This document shows positions 9,201 through 17,876 of a stretch of DNA of 64,000 nt, in pieces. Each line of letters starts with the position of its first letter. The first letter of the stretch is position 1. The notes below the pieces were generated by a model. It made no database searches, was not told where the DNA came from, and worked only from the letters and a program-made list of their open reading frames with translations. A program made the translations under genes and the position numbers. The stretch comes from an uncultured virus (IMG/VR IMGVR_UViG_3300008107_000416) (Duplodnaviria > Heunggongvirae > Uroviricota > Caudoviricetes): the IMG/VR virus record IMGVR_UViG_3300008107_000416, one strand, 5' to 3'.

Positions 9201-11508
9201 TTCTTTCTGTAAGATTCGCAACACCTTGACTAGAAAGAGCACTATAGATTTGGTTTGATGATGGAACTTTAACAAACCAGTTTGTATTTGTAGAGTCCCA
9301 CTGAATTGGAGAACCAATGTCTCCAGCATCTTTATCAGATACTCTACTTACAATTCTTAATTTTGAACCACCATAAACAGTAACTGCGGATCCATTTTCT
9401 GCGTTTGTTTGTGATGATGCTAATTTAATTTCTGTTGAAGATTGACGAATCGCATAATAAATTGTATTGTCAAGAACATTTTCTGGTAGGTCACCATCGT
9501 CACTTAAGATGCGAATCTTTTCACCAGTTTGAATCTGATGAGTTCCAAGCGTAAAGATGTTTGAGGATGGTCCAGAAAGGACTGGATAATTCTTTTCACC
9601 TACACTTGAACCTTGTGCGATTGTTGTTCCAGATCCAAGAACATTATCAAGCATATTGATGGATGCTTCACTTGTTCCAGATCCGATTTGGACATAAACT
9701 TTATCATTTTCTCTCGCACCAATTCTGTAACCCTGAATGATAATTGGTGGAGCATCATCCTGATCATCATACCCAAAGATGTACAGATGACTAGAAATAC
9801 CAACGGATGTTGTAAGACCAACATCAAATGACAACCAATCAATATTAACTTCAGACTCTACATTTGCCTTTGGTGTAATGACTGAAGTTACATAGGCATT
9901 ATTATCTTTGGCAAATGCTTCTTTCTTAAATCCATCTGCTGCCAGTGAAATCTGACCAAAGTTAGAGTTGGAGTTAGTGATAGATCCATCACCACCAGAT
10001 TCGGCATCAAAGTGCTTGTTAAATCCGATTGCGAAAACAGAAACGATCTGAACAAACGCATCATTTGTGATCTTAATATGACTCGTTTCCCATCCGTGCC
10101 TATAAATGGCACCAGCATCTAGGTGATAAACTGTTGCTGGATCAAGAGAAGATGCCTGTGTTGTCAGAGAGGCACCCTTCGCAAGAGATACTGTAATACC
10201 ATCATAAAGTCTTGATGATTGGTTATATTTTACAAACGCACGGTCATCTTTTTGTAGAGAAACAGCGGTAAACTGTGCGACAACCATTGAACGGAAACCT
10301 GATGCTTTCGCACCATCGGCAAGCATTCCGTTCATACCCCATACAGAACGAAGGGAGATGTTGAAGATATAAGGAGAGGCACCAGATACGGTGTCAGTTT
10401 CAATCGTTACTGTTCCAGAGGCAACAGATGGGGAAGCAGGAAGATTATCTCTTACAAAAGGTAGAAGATATGTAAATTGAGTTGTGCTGATTACATTCTG
10501 AACCTTTGTTGAAATATTATAATCAATTGTGCTGATTCCATTAATCTTAATCGGAGTTCCAGCAGTCAGTCCGTGTGCCGAACTTGTAGTAACCGTGATG
10601 ATAGTTCCTGGAGTTGATCCATCTCCAGAAATAATATTTGAAATATTGACGGGATCAGGAGCAAAGGCACCAACAATTTCCCATTCTGGACGCTGTTTTG
10701 CGAATCCAAGTGGTTCACCAGGATACTTTTGATCAACATCTCTACCAGACGCAGTGTTAAATGCGTTTGATAGTTTGCTATAATACATGTCAAGATCGGT
10801 AATCGCATATCCTTGTGGGACATTGACACCATCGGCATATTCAAAACAAGTCAGTTTATGGTGAGAGAAGTTAGGAACTGATTGATTGTTTGAAGAGAAG
10901 TCCGCATCATCTGTATAAACTAGACCAGACTCATCACCATCAAAGATAGAAAACTGCCAGAAGTAACAGGCACCGGTGATTCTAAAGATTGCCGAATTTG
11001 CTACACCAGTATCAGTTGGGTTTGGAACATACTTTGGACGAATCTTGGTCTTTCTTAAGTCTAGACCAACGATTGAAGTACCTCTAGGAACAACAACACC
11101 ACCATTGATACTGTTGAACTTATAGAGAATGTTGTCGTTTTGTGTTAAATCAAAGTTGGATGATAATGTAAGAGTCAGAGTATCTTGTGCTGCTGTCTCT
11201 GCTCCTGATGGTGATACTGCCGTCGCAACGCCACCTACATCTTTAATCGCAAAACCAGGTCTATTATCTACTACATGCTGACCAGGAAACAGAAGAATTG
11301 TTGTCTTCTCTGTAATATCGTTATTACTTCCTCTTAAGTATGAGAATCTTGCCGACTCAACAAGAGCTCTTTGAATTGTCTTAAATGGTTGGGTTAGGGA
11401 GTTACCCTGATTTGAAATACTATCAGTAGCATCAATATCATTTGGGTTAACATAGAGAATTCTTCCCTCTGTGTTCTTAACAAAATTCTCTAACTTGTTG
11501 AGTGGCAA
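6220..11508 (-). CDS. large tail fibre with C-terminal intramolecular chaperone (Peptidase S74-like)
   Basis: 1762 aa; N-terminal LYVNP..PFKTIQRA; C-terminal SDERLKDNI...GVIAQEIE...LLIEAIKEL; TTG start after GAGGA. Confidence 0.85.
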   Translation of the reverse strand: MPLNKLENFVKNTEGRILYVNPNDIDATDSISNQGNSLTQPFKTIQRALVESARFSYLRGSNNDITEKTTILLFPGQHVVDNRPGFAIKDVGGVATAVSPSGAETAAQDTLTLTLSSNFDLTQNDNILYKFNSINGGVVVPRGTSIVGLDLRKTKIRPKYVPNPTDTGVANSAIFRITGACYFWQFSIFDGDESGLVYTDDADFSSNNQSVPNFSHHKLTCFEYADGVNVPQGYAITDLDMYYSKLSNAFNTASGRDVDQKYPGEPLGFAKQRPEWEIVGAFAPDPVNISNIISGDGSTPGTIITVTTSSAHGLTAGTPIKINGISTIDYNISTKVQNVISTTQFTYLLPFVRDNLPASPSVASGTVTIETDTVSGASPYIFNISLRSVWGMNGMLADGAKASGFRSMVVAQFTAVSLQKDDRAFVKYNQSSRLYDGITVSLAKGASLTTQASSLDPATVYHLDAGAIYRHGWETSHIKITNDAFVQIVSVFAIGFNKHFDAESGGDGSITNSNSNFGQISLAADGFKKEAFAKDNNAYVTSVITPKANVESEVNIDWLSFDVGLTTSVGISSHLYIFGYDDQDDAPPIIIQGYRIGARENDKVYVQIGSGTSEASINMLDNVLGSGTTIAQGSSVGEKNYPVLSGPSSNIFTLGTHQIQTGEKIRILSDDGDLPENVLDNTIYYAIRQSSTEIKLASSQTNAENGSAVTVYGGSKLRIVSRVSDKDAGDIGSPIQWDSTNTNWFVKVPSSNQIYSALSSQGVANLTERTNVSYVRRKDDPRSLDEKLYKIRVVIPKESVNAKNPNEGFIIQESSSTGARTNSDFTLTSISETDYAYNKNPRFISTCSVSSNTVTVLAELPHNLNVGDNVIVRNVTSTTNTSGTINVGYNGTFEVTAVIDDKRFQYSTTDVNGITHSVGTFTNDVSTRNTSLPRFERNDLKSNYYIYRNEVITPYIYNTQDGIYHLYVLKADNAIPTEFTGLKYSQNVVDLYPQLDKDNVHDNPPAAKTFAKRSPLGDVSTNDLKKSITREATDKFLQDLGIGLKVSGVSTSFTSATAGIATITFEREHGFSGIITYSALTGGSGYTNGTFYNVKLFNNGTSNWDGATAKVTISGGSIKSADIIDGGSGYANGEELDFDTSLIGGGTGAGVTISSSGISTNIGDVLQVTGIGTTSDGYYRISSVPSTTQVAIAITNGDPRITTNQYVINLGPSIRVSTSSYDSVSGITTFNCSSGHALVSGNKFRVLDTSNNNIGDFVVKERVGVNTFTATTNVSLSPVHVLRHGMSAANATSDASTENLGARGLSFYGGETLTLLSNVTNDTTFHVQATNSGIGTVARFPLGSYIQIDNEMMRVTSSTLSGAGLNEITVIRGVLGTTKQNHSGGSLIRKIKPLAVEFRRPSIIRASGHTFEYLGYGPGNYSTGLPQVQVKTLTEREDFLVQSQERSCGTVVYTGMNSDGDFFIGNTKYSSSSGEQKTFDIPTPTITGQDPSRLSVVFDEIVVKERLIVEGGNSGTVLSQFDGPVTLNKEVKINDATIINGSLKVNNTVEITNTTNSTNKDTGALVIEGGVGIEKNLNVGANVAVAGTFAVTGNSTLTGVTTITGLLDANGGATIDNIRIGVAANNTIDTSTGQLTLDSNGGQLNINDNTVITGILSVTDDITAFFSSDERLKDNITPIEDPLAKVLSISGNSFDWNDQSSHTGRDIGVIAQEIEKVLPEIVTTRENGFKAVQYEKITPLLIEAIKELSHKVDELQQKLNDK

Positions 11509-11544
11509 AGTTCTGTCCTCTTCTTACGCTCTTCTATCCTTTAT

Positions 11545-11859
11545 TTATCCCATTAAATCTTCCTCATCTTGATAAAATTCTAGTTCATCAGGCATATCTT
11601 CTGGATTTTCTAATTCTATCGGAAACATACAAGGATGTGCTTCCTCGTCTATAAGATAGAAAGAACTTCTGTATAAATCTTCTGGTTCATATGACCTTTC
11701 TTTATCTGCTAATCTTTTAAGGTCATCATCTTCCAAGTGCCCATCTGGTAGTTCATCAAATGTAAATGGGACTTGATTGATAAAATACATCTTCACTATC
11801 ATACTGCCATCGTTATACCAACAGTACGCAGTATCTATTCTATAAGACATAGGGTTCAC
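11545..11859 (-). CDS. conserved cyanophage hypothetical protein
   Basis: acidic 104-aa ORF, MYFINQVPFTFDELP. Confidence 0.7.
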   Translation of the reverse strand: MNPMSYRIDTAYCWYNDGSMIVKMYFINQVPFTFDELPDGHLEDDDLKRLADKERSYEPEDLYRSSFYLIDEEAHPCMFPIELENPEDMPDELEFYQDEEDLMG

Positions 11860-11883
11860 TCCCGTATCTTATATTTATTTTTA

Positions 11884-11958
11884 TAGCGGTGATGGGATTC
11901 GAACCCATACTGTCGAAATTTTAAGTTTCGTGCCTGCTGCCAGTTGGGCTACACCGCC
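11884..11958 (-). tRNA. tRNA-Leu(UAA), short variable loop
   Basis: GGCGGTG/CACCGCT acceptor stem, CGAAA-CTTAAAA-TTTCG anticodon arm, ATGGG-TTCGAAT-CCCAT T arm; no encoded CCA. Confidence 0.88.
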
Positions 11959-11967
11959 AATGAGACC

Positions 11968-11996
11968 ATTATAACTCAAAGAGTGCTAATGGTCAA
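11968..11996 (-). promoter_or_regulatory. sigma70-type promoter for tRNA-Leu
   Basis: TTGACC-N17-TATAAT. Confidence 0.7.
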
Positions 11997-12070
11997 TGCA
12001 GGTTGCGAGGATCGAACTCGCCTTCGCGGAATTATGAGTTCCGAGCATTCTACCAGATTGCTAAACCTGC
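11997..12070 (-). tRNA. tRNA with CAU anticodon (elongator Met or Ile2)
   Basis: GCAGGTT/AACCTGC acceptor stem, CGGAA-CTCATAA-TTCCG, GCGAG-TTCGATC-CTCGC; lacks initiator hallmarks. Confidence 0.88.
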
Positions 12071-12173
12071 TTTATGTAATTGGGAAGAACAATGCTCTTC
12101 CCATACGACGCTACGGAAGATACCCGTAGTAGAAGTTGGCGTCTTTCTAGGCTATCTGCCTAACGACTACCAA

Positions 12174-12245
12174 TAGGAGTACTGGGGATTGAACCCAGAC
12201 TACCCCGTTATAAGCAGGGCGCTCTAACCATTAAGCTATACTCCC
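12174..12245 (-). tRNA. tRNA-Ile(UAU)
   Basis: GGGAGTA/TACTCCT acceptor stem, CCCTG-CTTATAA-CGGGG, CTGGG-TTCAATC-CCCAG. Confidence 0.88.
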
Positions 12246-12254
12246 AAGATGAAC

Positions 12255-12428
12255 TTACTGAGCTTCGTTATTTTGCTCTGTGTGTATTCGTATAAGTTCA
12301 TCATCTGCTGGTATCATAACTGCTGCTTTACCGTCTTCTCCAATGATGCCAATGTGCTCTCCGTTTTCTACTCTTTCCAAGAGAGCATCAAAGTTTTCTT
12401 CCCACTCTTTCAAGGTAAATACTTCCAT
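12255..12428 (-). CDS. Phd/YefM-antitoxin-like small protein (57 aa)
   Basis: hand translation MEVFTLKEWEENFDALLERVENGEHIGIIGEDGKAAVMIP... Confidence 0.6.
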   Translation of the reverse strand: MEVFTLKEWEENFDALLERVENGEHIGIIGEDGKAAVMIPADDELIRIHTEQNNEAQ

Positions 12429-12450
12429 TTTTGTTTAATATTTAGTTATG

Positions 12451-12651
12451 TCACTCACCATATACTGCCAGGTCAGCATACTCAATTTGGTCGGGTTCAA
12501 GGTTGGCAGTAACTACATCCAGGACATTCATAAACTCTTGAACAGTTTCGCACTCAACAAGTTTTTCATTGCCTTCGTCACTGATGAGAAGGAAGGAGCG
12601 AGTACAAACATCAATCACAATGCCCAGAACAGATTCTTGTGCGGTGCTCAT
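12451..12651 (-). CDS. hypothetical protein
   Basis: 66 aa, directly downstream of a consensus promoter. Confidence 0.7.
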   Translation of the reverse strand: MSTAQESVLGIVIDVCTRSFLLISDEGNEKLVECETVQEFMNVLDVVTANLEPDQIEYADLAVYGE

Positions 12652-12676
12652 CAGGTGTTCCGTTGATTACCCCCAT

Positions 12677-12705
12677 ATTATAGGGCGTCTGGGTCCTGGT
12701 GTCAA
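12677..12705 (-). promoter_or_regulatory. consensus sigma70 early promoter
   Basis: TTGACA-N17-TATAAT. Confidence 0.85.
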
Positions 12706-12725
12706 GGGTGCCAGTTGGAAAAGTG

Positions 12726-12899
12726 TCACCACTTTTTGACTGGGCAACTAGATCCACTAAGTCTTACCTTAATAGGCATAAAACACCCACACTTCTTACA
12801 CTGCCTAGTTGGTTTGAAGAAATGTTCGCATTGTAAGCAAAGTTTCATTCGGTCAATTGCTGGACGATTATCATCAAGTTGAATTTGTTCATTATCCAT
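12726..12899 (-). CDS. small Cys-rich protein (DUF6171-like, 57 aa)
   Basis: hand translation ...RMKLCLQCEHFFKPTRQCKKCGCFMPIKVRLSGSSCPVKKW. Confidence 0.7.
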   Translation of the reverse strand: MDNEQIQLDDNRPAIDRMKLCLQCEHFFKPTRQCKKCGCFMPIKVRLSGSSCPVKKW

Positions 12900-13413
12900 T
12901 TAATTCAGCCTCCGCTTGTGCAACAATATCTTCCGGATCAAAAAGAAGATTGTTTATTAACTCATTAAGAGAATATCTTGGATCAGAAATGAACTGATGA
13001 AATTTTATATAAAGAGCATCTTTAAGTCTATTATCTCCATTTTCGGAATAATATTGTGCCGCTACTAAAATATCAAGTGGATTTGCAAGACCAAATTCTA
13101 TTCTATTTGGGGTTGGTACTGGAGTTTGTTCCGATCCAAAAGATTCTTGAGGAATTCCATTTTCAACTACAGGTCCAGTTTGTGAAAAAGTTTCAGGAAT
13201 AGACAAGACTGTGGAATTTCTTTCTTCACCAACAGAAATATTTGAATTTATCAAGGTTTCTGGATCAGGCAAAAAATCTTTATCGTATTTTGAAACAGCA
13301 TCATCAACTTCTTCCGCTGTTGCGTGTGGATGAATTGGAACTACTGCCCATGACTTATCTTCAAACTCAACCCGAATTTGTCCGGGAAGTACTTCTTTAA
13401 TAGTATACTTCAT
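12892..13413 (-). CDS. hypothetical protein (possible fibre-associated chaperone)
   Basis: 173-aa ORF following the adhesin gene. Confidence 0.65.
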   Translation of the reverse strand: MKYTIKEVLPGQIRVEFEDKSWAVVPIHPHATAEEVDDAVSKYDKDFLPDPETLINSNISVGEERNSTVLSIPETFSQTGPVVENGIPQESFGSEQTPVPTPNRIEFGLANPLDILVAAQYYSENGDNRLKDALYIKFHQFISDPRYSLNELINNLLFDPEDIVAQAEAELNG

Positions 13414-13438
13414 TTCTTATTAATAAAGGTGCAAATAT

Positions 13439-14356
13439 TTATCCTATTCTACCATTTCTTGTGCCATTTGCAATCCATGTTACATTTCCATTATTAACGA
13501 TATAAAATCCTGCTAATCCACCACCAGATCCACCTGCTCCAGATCCACTGTTACCATTTGAACCAGTGTTTCCTGTGTTACCACTATTTCCATAAGAACC
13601 GCCAGTTCCACCAGTTCCACCAGTACCAGCATTGGTGCCACCTGCGTCTCCAGCACTTCCTGAAGCAGCAGCACCATCATACCCCTGTCCTCTTCCACCA
13701 CTACCACCGGCACCACCACTGGTTGAGACATTATAACTATAAGATTCGTTTCTATAGCAACAATTGCACTCTCCTCTACCTGCGGCTTCAATAGTCCAAC
13801 AAGGACATCCACAACCTCCTTGACCTGGTATTAAATAACACCCTACAGAACAATAAGAACCATCACCAAAAGCTTGAACACAAGCGTTTTGGCATAATTG
13901 ATAATATGGTCCACTACTGTATCTTACACCAGAATATCCTTTGTAAACATTATTAGTTCCAGATACAGTATAATACCCAGCACCACCGGTACCACCTTGT
14001 CCTCCACCTCCACCACCAGAGGAGATAGTGCCGCGATTATCAATGAAAATATTGGAAGCACCAGCATTGATAGCATTTCCACCAGTACCACTATTTGCGG
14101 CACCACCAGCACCTAGAATAGATCCTTGATTTACCAAAAGTATTCTTCCACCAAATCCTGATGGAATGTTTAAAGCATAATTTCCTGTGGTTGTGGCACC
14201 AATAGTAACTCCACTAGCAATAATAATTCTTTTATTAATACCAGCAGAATACTTGCTAGAACCAAATAGTGTTTGTAAATTTAAATTTTCTTGATTGCTG
14301 GTTATGTGGTAAACCAACTCAGAAGATAATAGATGAGGACCAGCAGCTACAGTCAT
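13439..14356 (-). CDS. glycine-rich receptor-binding adhesin (T-even gp38-like)
   Basis: NQGSILGAGG..GGNAI..NRGTISSGGGGGG polyglycine motifs, C-terminal VTW; follows a fibre gene. Confidence 0.7.
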   Translation of the reverse strand: MTVAAGPHLLSSELVYHITSNQENLNLQTLFGSSKYSAGINKRIIIASGVTIGATTTGNYALNIPSGFGGRILLVNQGSILGAGGAANSGTGGNAINAGASNIFIDNRGTISSGGGGGGQGGTGGAGYYTVSGTNNVYKGYSGVRYSSGPYYQLCQNACVQAFGDGSYCSVGCYLIPGQGGCGCPCWTIEAAGRGECNCCYRNESYSYNVSTSGGAGGSGGRGQGYDGAAASGSAGDAGGTNAGTGGTGGTGGSYGNSGNTGNTGSNGNSGSGAGGSGGGLAGFYIVNNGNVTWIANGTRNGRIG

Positions 14357-14359
14357 ATT

Positions 14360-17326
14360 TTACAATAATCCAGAACCAGTAATTAGAAACTCGTTACTTG
14401 CTACACATAAAACGGTTGCCAAACCTCTTTGCTGTAGCGTTCTATTGCCAGTATCAGAAGTTCCAGGAAGTCTTAATGTTGTAGAAGCACCTTGTGTGAT
14501 TGTTTGCGAAGAAGCGGAGTTGTTGTAAATTAATACAGTATCTCCTGCCGTAAAAGTACCAGAAGGAACAGTAACTCCTCCTGTAGTTATACTTATAATA
14601 GATCCAACATCAGATGCTGCAAGAATATATGCGTTTGTTTTAGCAACAACATCAAATGTTTGTTTTACTTCTTGCCAGGTATTGTCTCCTCTTAAGAAAG
14701 TTGTAGAATCTCTTGTTCCACTAGTTCCAAGTCTGTCAACACCAACTGTTCCAGAAGAAAGATTGGAAGCATTTAAACTAGATAATGATGCTCCAGATCC
14801 ACTAAATGTGCCAGCAGAGAGCGTATTGCTACTAGGATTGTAAGTTAAATCAGTATCAACCCGAATATTATCAATTCCAGAAGTGTTCCCCACAAATGTT
14901 ATCTTCCGAGATGCATCTGTATTTTCGGAAGTAATACTTACTGATGTTGCTGCTCCTACGGCAGCAGATGATTGACTTATCCATTCAACTGTATTTGAAC
15001 CAGTAGACGCTAAAATTTGACCAGAACTTCCCGTTCCATCATTTCTATCACGAACAGCACCAGATAATTTTATATCACTTGTAAATGTAGATACTCCAGA
15101 AGTTACGATTAAACCTCCACTAGTAATTCTAACTCCTGTTCTTGCCGTAACTAATCCTACCGAATCAATATTTGTTACATCTTCGTATGTTAAAGTTCCA
15201 CCAATACTTACATTACCGCTGAATATTGCTGATGTTGCTGTAATTGTACCAGCACTAAAGTTTCCAGAACTATCTCTAGAAACAATCGTAGACCCAGTGT
15301 TAGAGCTGGTAGCATTTGATGTTACCGTAAATGTTTGTCCAGAAGAACCATTATAAGTTGCCGAACCTGACAATCCAGTTCCTGAAACTCCCAGACTCAG
15401 AGAATTTAAATTACTACCAAGAGAAATTCCAGATATTGTTGAGTTACTTAGGGCACTATTTGGAATATTTGTAAATGTATTTGCAGCACCACTTATAGAT
15501 TTATTAGTAAGTACTTCGCTTCCAGCAAGTGTGGCAAAATCATTATCAGTTAAAGCAGCATTGAATTGTGCTGTTGTTCCTGTGATTGTATTACCACCTA
15601 GTGTGATTGTTTTATTTGTAACACTGGTTGTTCCGGAACTTACAAAAACATTTACTGCTCTTTGAGTTGGTATAAAATTATCTGATGGTGCGGATCCACC
15701 CATTTGAGTGTCATTAACCGCACCAGTAATAATCAAGTTTGTATTTCCAGAAGTGAAATTAATTCTATCAATCTGAGCAATCGGAATTGGGGTCGTAAAT
15801 TGAACTTCACCTGTATTGTTTTTAAGAACAACAAAGTTTCCTACTTTGAAATCACCAAGTTCGTTTGTTCCTGAAGTGTAGACCTGTCCATAATCTTCCT
15901 CCACTTGTTCATTTTCTACCCTTGTGAATCCTCCATTTTTTGGAAGTGCATCATAATTGGTTCCAGATCCAGCATATTCCCAAGTATGAGATGATGAGTT
16001 AACAACTGATGGTCTTAATTGGCGAACACTAATATTATTAAAACTTGAGTATTGTGTATAAGATCCACTAAAGTGTTCATCTAATCTAGGAGAAATAGCG
16101 ACATCATATGCTGTTCTACTTTCTCCACCATAAGTGATAGTTTTAGAATCAGAAACTTTTCTAATTTGGAATTCTGTTCCAGAGTGTGTAAAATTAGTTT
16201 CTCCAGTACCATATCCAAATCTTAGTAGGTTATTGATATTTGGTTTTTGTAGTTCGTCACCATTTGCGTTATCAACAATCGTTACAATAGATTGAGACCC
16301 TGCAATTGTGGTTGCCGCTCCAGCAATCGTAATCCTATCAGTGCTTCCAGCACCAGTAGAACTAGCACAGGCAAAACTAATGATTCCAGTATCTTGCGAA
16401 TAAACATTAGTAACAGGAGAATATCCTACAGATCTTAAGGCATTAATTCCAAAATTTGTTGCCGAGTTTGTGACAGAGGCATATCCACCATTTTCACATA
16501 AAATATTATCAGTATTAAAAATTCCAAAGACATTAACAATCTGAGCATACGCACAATTATCAATATGGATGCCAATGCCAGGTGTGATTATTGATAATAA
16601 GGCAAAAACCATAGACTCAAGGTTTCCACCACTAGAATCTCCACTGGATATTGAATCTACGGCATTTCCATCAACATAAGCAAAAGATCCTCTTGGTTCT
16701 TGTGAAGATCCCTTTGTCCATTGATTAGCAACAATTGAATATGTGTTTTTACCTCTACCTCTAGTTGAAATTAGTGAACAATTTAAAGCATATGGAGATT
16801 GGTTGATGATTAGTTTTGAACCACTATTATCATATGACATCGCATATCTAAATGTAAAATCTCCACCATCATTGTCTCTAAAAACAAGATTCATTAACAT
16901 ATCACCTTCTTTGACTTTGAAGTAGTCAACATCAGGAATTCCAGGTCTTAATACAACTGTTCTTAAACTATCTCCAATAATGGCACAAAATCTTGGAAGA
17001 ACAATAGGATTTTGTTCCACATATTCTCCAGAAGAAACATAAATTGATTTTTTATCAGTATCTTCAAAATTAGTTGTTGCTATTTCTGCTGCTCTTTTAA
17101 TTGTAAGAACTGGATCATCGGCACTCAGACCACTATTATTATCATCACCAGCTGTTGATACAAAAATTCTATTTTTACTTGCCGCTAAAATACCTTCTGA
17201 TATTCCCTCAATTCCAGGAACTGATGTTGCTTTAATTTTAGGAGTTTCAATACTTCCATGGGCATATATGTTTTCAAAAATAGAATTGCCAGATTGTGTT
17301 TTCTGTTGATCAAATGGTAGAGACAT
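14360..17326 (-). CDS. tail fibre protein
   Basis: 988 aa; FVST.GDD.NSG...TIKRA; RPSVVNSSSHTWEYAGSG block shared with 6220..11508. Confidence 0.8.
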   Translation of the reverse strand: MSLPFDQQKTQSGNSIFENIYAHGSIETPKIKATSVPGIEGISEGILAASKNRIFVSTAGDDNNSGLSADDPVLTIKRAAEIATTNFEDTDKKSIYVSSGEYVEQNPIVLPRFCAIIGDSLRTVVLRPGIPDVDYFKVKEGDMLMNLVFRDNDGGDFTFRYAMSYDNSGSKLIINQSPYALNCSLISTRGRGKNTYSIVANQWTKGSSQEPRGSFAYVDGNAVDSISSGDSSGGNLESMVFALLSIITPGIGIHIDNCAYAQIVNVFGIFNTDNILCENGGYASVTNSATNFGINALRSVGYSPVTNVYSQDTGIISFACASSTGAGSTDRITIAGAATTIAGSQSIVTIVDNANGDELQKPNINNLLRFGYGTGETNFTHSGTEFQIRKVSDSKTITYGGESRTAYDVAISPRLDEHFSGSYTQYSSFNNISVRQLRPSVVNSSSHTWEYAGSGTNYDALPKNGGFTRVENEQVEEDYGQVYTSGTNELGDFKVGNFVVLKNNTGEVQFTTPIPIAQIDRINFTSGNTNLIITGAVNDTQMGGSAPSDNFIPTQRAVNVFVSSGTTSVTNKTITLGGNTITGTTAQFNAALTDNDFATLAGSEVLTNKSISGAANTFTNIPNSALSNSTISGISLGSNLNSLSLGVSGTGLSGSATYNGSSGQTFTVTSNATSSNTGSTIVSRDSSGNFSAGTITATSAIFSGNVSIGGTLTYEDVTNIDSVGLVTARTGVRITSGGLIVTSGVSTFTSDIKLSGAVRDRNDGTGSSGQILASTGSNTVEWISQSSAAVGAATSVSITSENTDASRKITFVGNTSGIDNIRVDTDLTYNPSSNTLSAGTFSGSGASLSSLNASNLSSGTVGVDRLGTSGTRDSTTFLRGDNTWQEVKQTFDVVAKTNAYILAASDVGSIISITTGGVTVPSGTFTAGDTVLIYNNSASSQTITQGASTTLRLPGTSDTGNRTLQQRGLATVLCVASNEFLITGSGLL

Positions 17327-17330
17327 ATTT

Positions 17331-17876
17331 TTATCCCAGTAGTCCTAGAGAAACACCCTTGACAAGATCCGTAACCTTATCGGTCACATAACTTCCAGCA
17401 AATGCCTTAAAAATATTACTTGTTCCCAGAAGATCTGACATATTACCTTCCGAAGAAAGAATATTAGTTTCATTACCAATGATGTCTATCTGACTTGTTC
17501 TTCCTTCTTCCTCATAACCGATACGAATCTTACGAGATTGAAGAACTAGTTCATCAGCAGCCTCAAGAACAATCTGCTTTCCTTTAATTCTAATGAATCC
17601 CGTATCGGCATTCATTGCCAGGTCGCCTTTGTGAGCAACCAACATATAACTCACATCACCTTCACTGTTTTTGACACCACACTCAACCTGAAGTGTTTTT
17701 TCGGCATAGTGACGAGAAAGACCACTCTGATAAAGTCCTTGATTGTACTTTATACCAGACTCATTTTGTGCCTGTAGAGTATAAGAAGTTTTTCCAGCAA
17801 CTCCTACTTGAGATCCACCCGTTTCAAGAAACAGATTTGGTCCAAATACATCTATAGATCTTGCTTCTTGCGTCAT
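17331..17876 (-). CDS. baseplate spike-associated beta-helix protein (gp5 C-terminal-like)
   Basis: position after the hub genes; beta-repeat-like GFIRIKGKQIVLEAADELVL. Confidence 0.55.
   Translation of the reverse strand: MTQEARSIDVFGPNLFLETGGSQVGVAGKTSYTLQAQNESGIKYNQGLYQSGLSRHYAEKTLQVECGVKNSEGDVSYMLVAHKGDLAMNADTGFIRIKGKQIVLEAADELVLQSRKIRIGYEEEGRTSQIDIIGNETNILSSEGNMSDLLGTSNIFKAFAGSYVTDKVTDLVKGVSLGLLG

Noticed and set aside
12071..12173. A fourth tRNA
   Set aside because: Hairpins are present but there is no acceptor stem or T-loop; kept only as a structured spacer.
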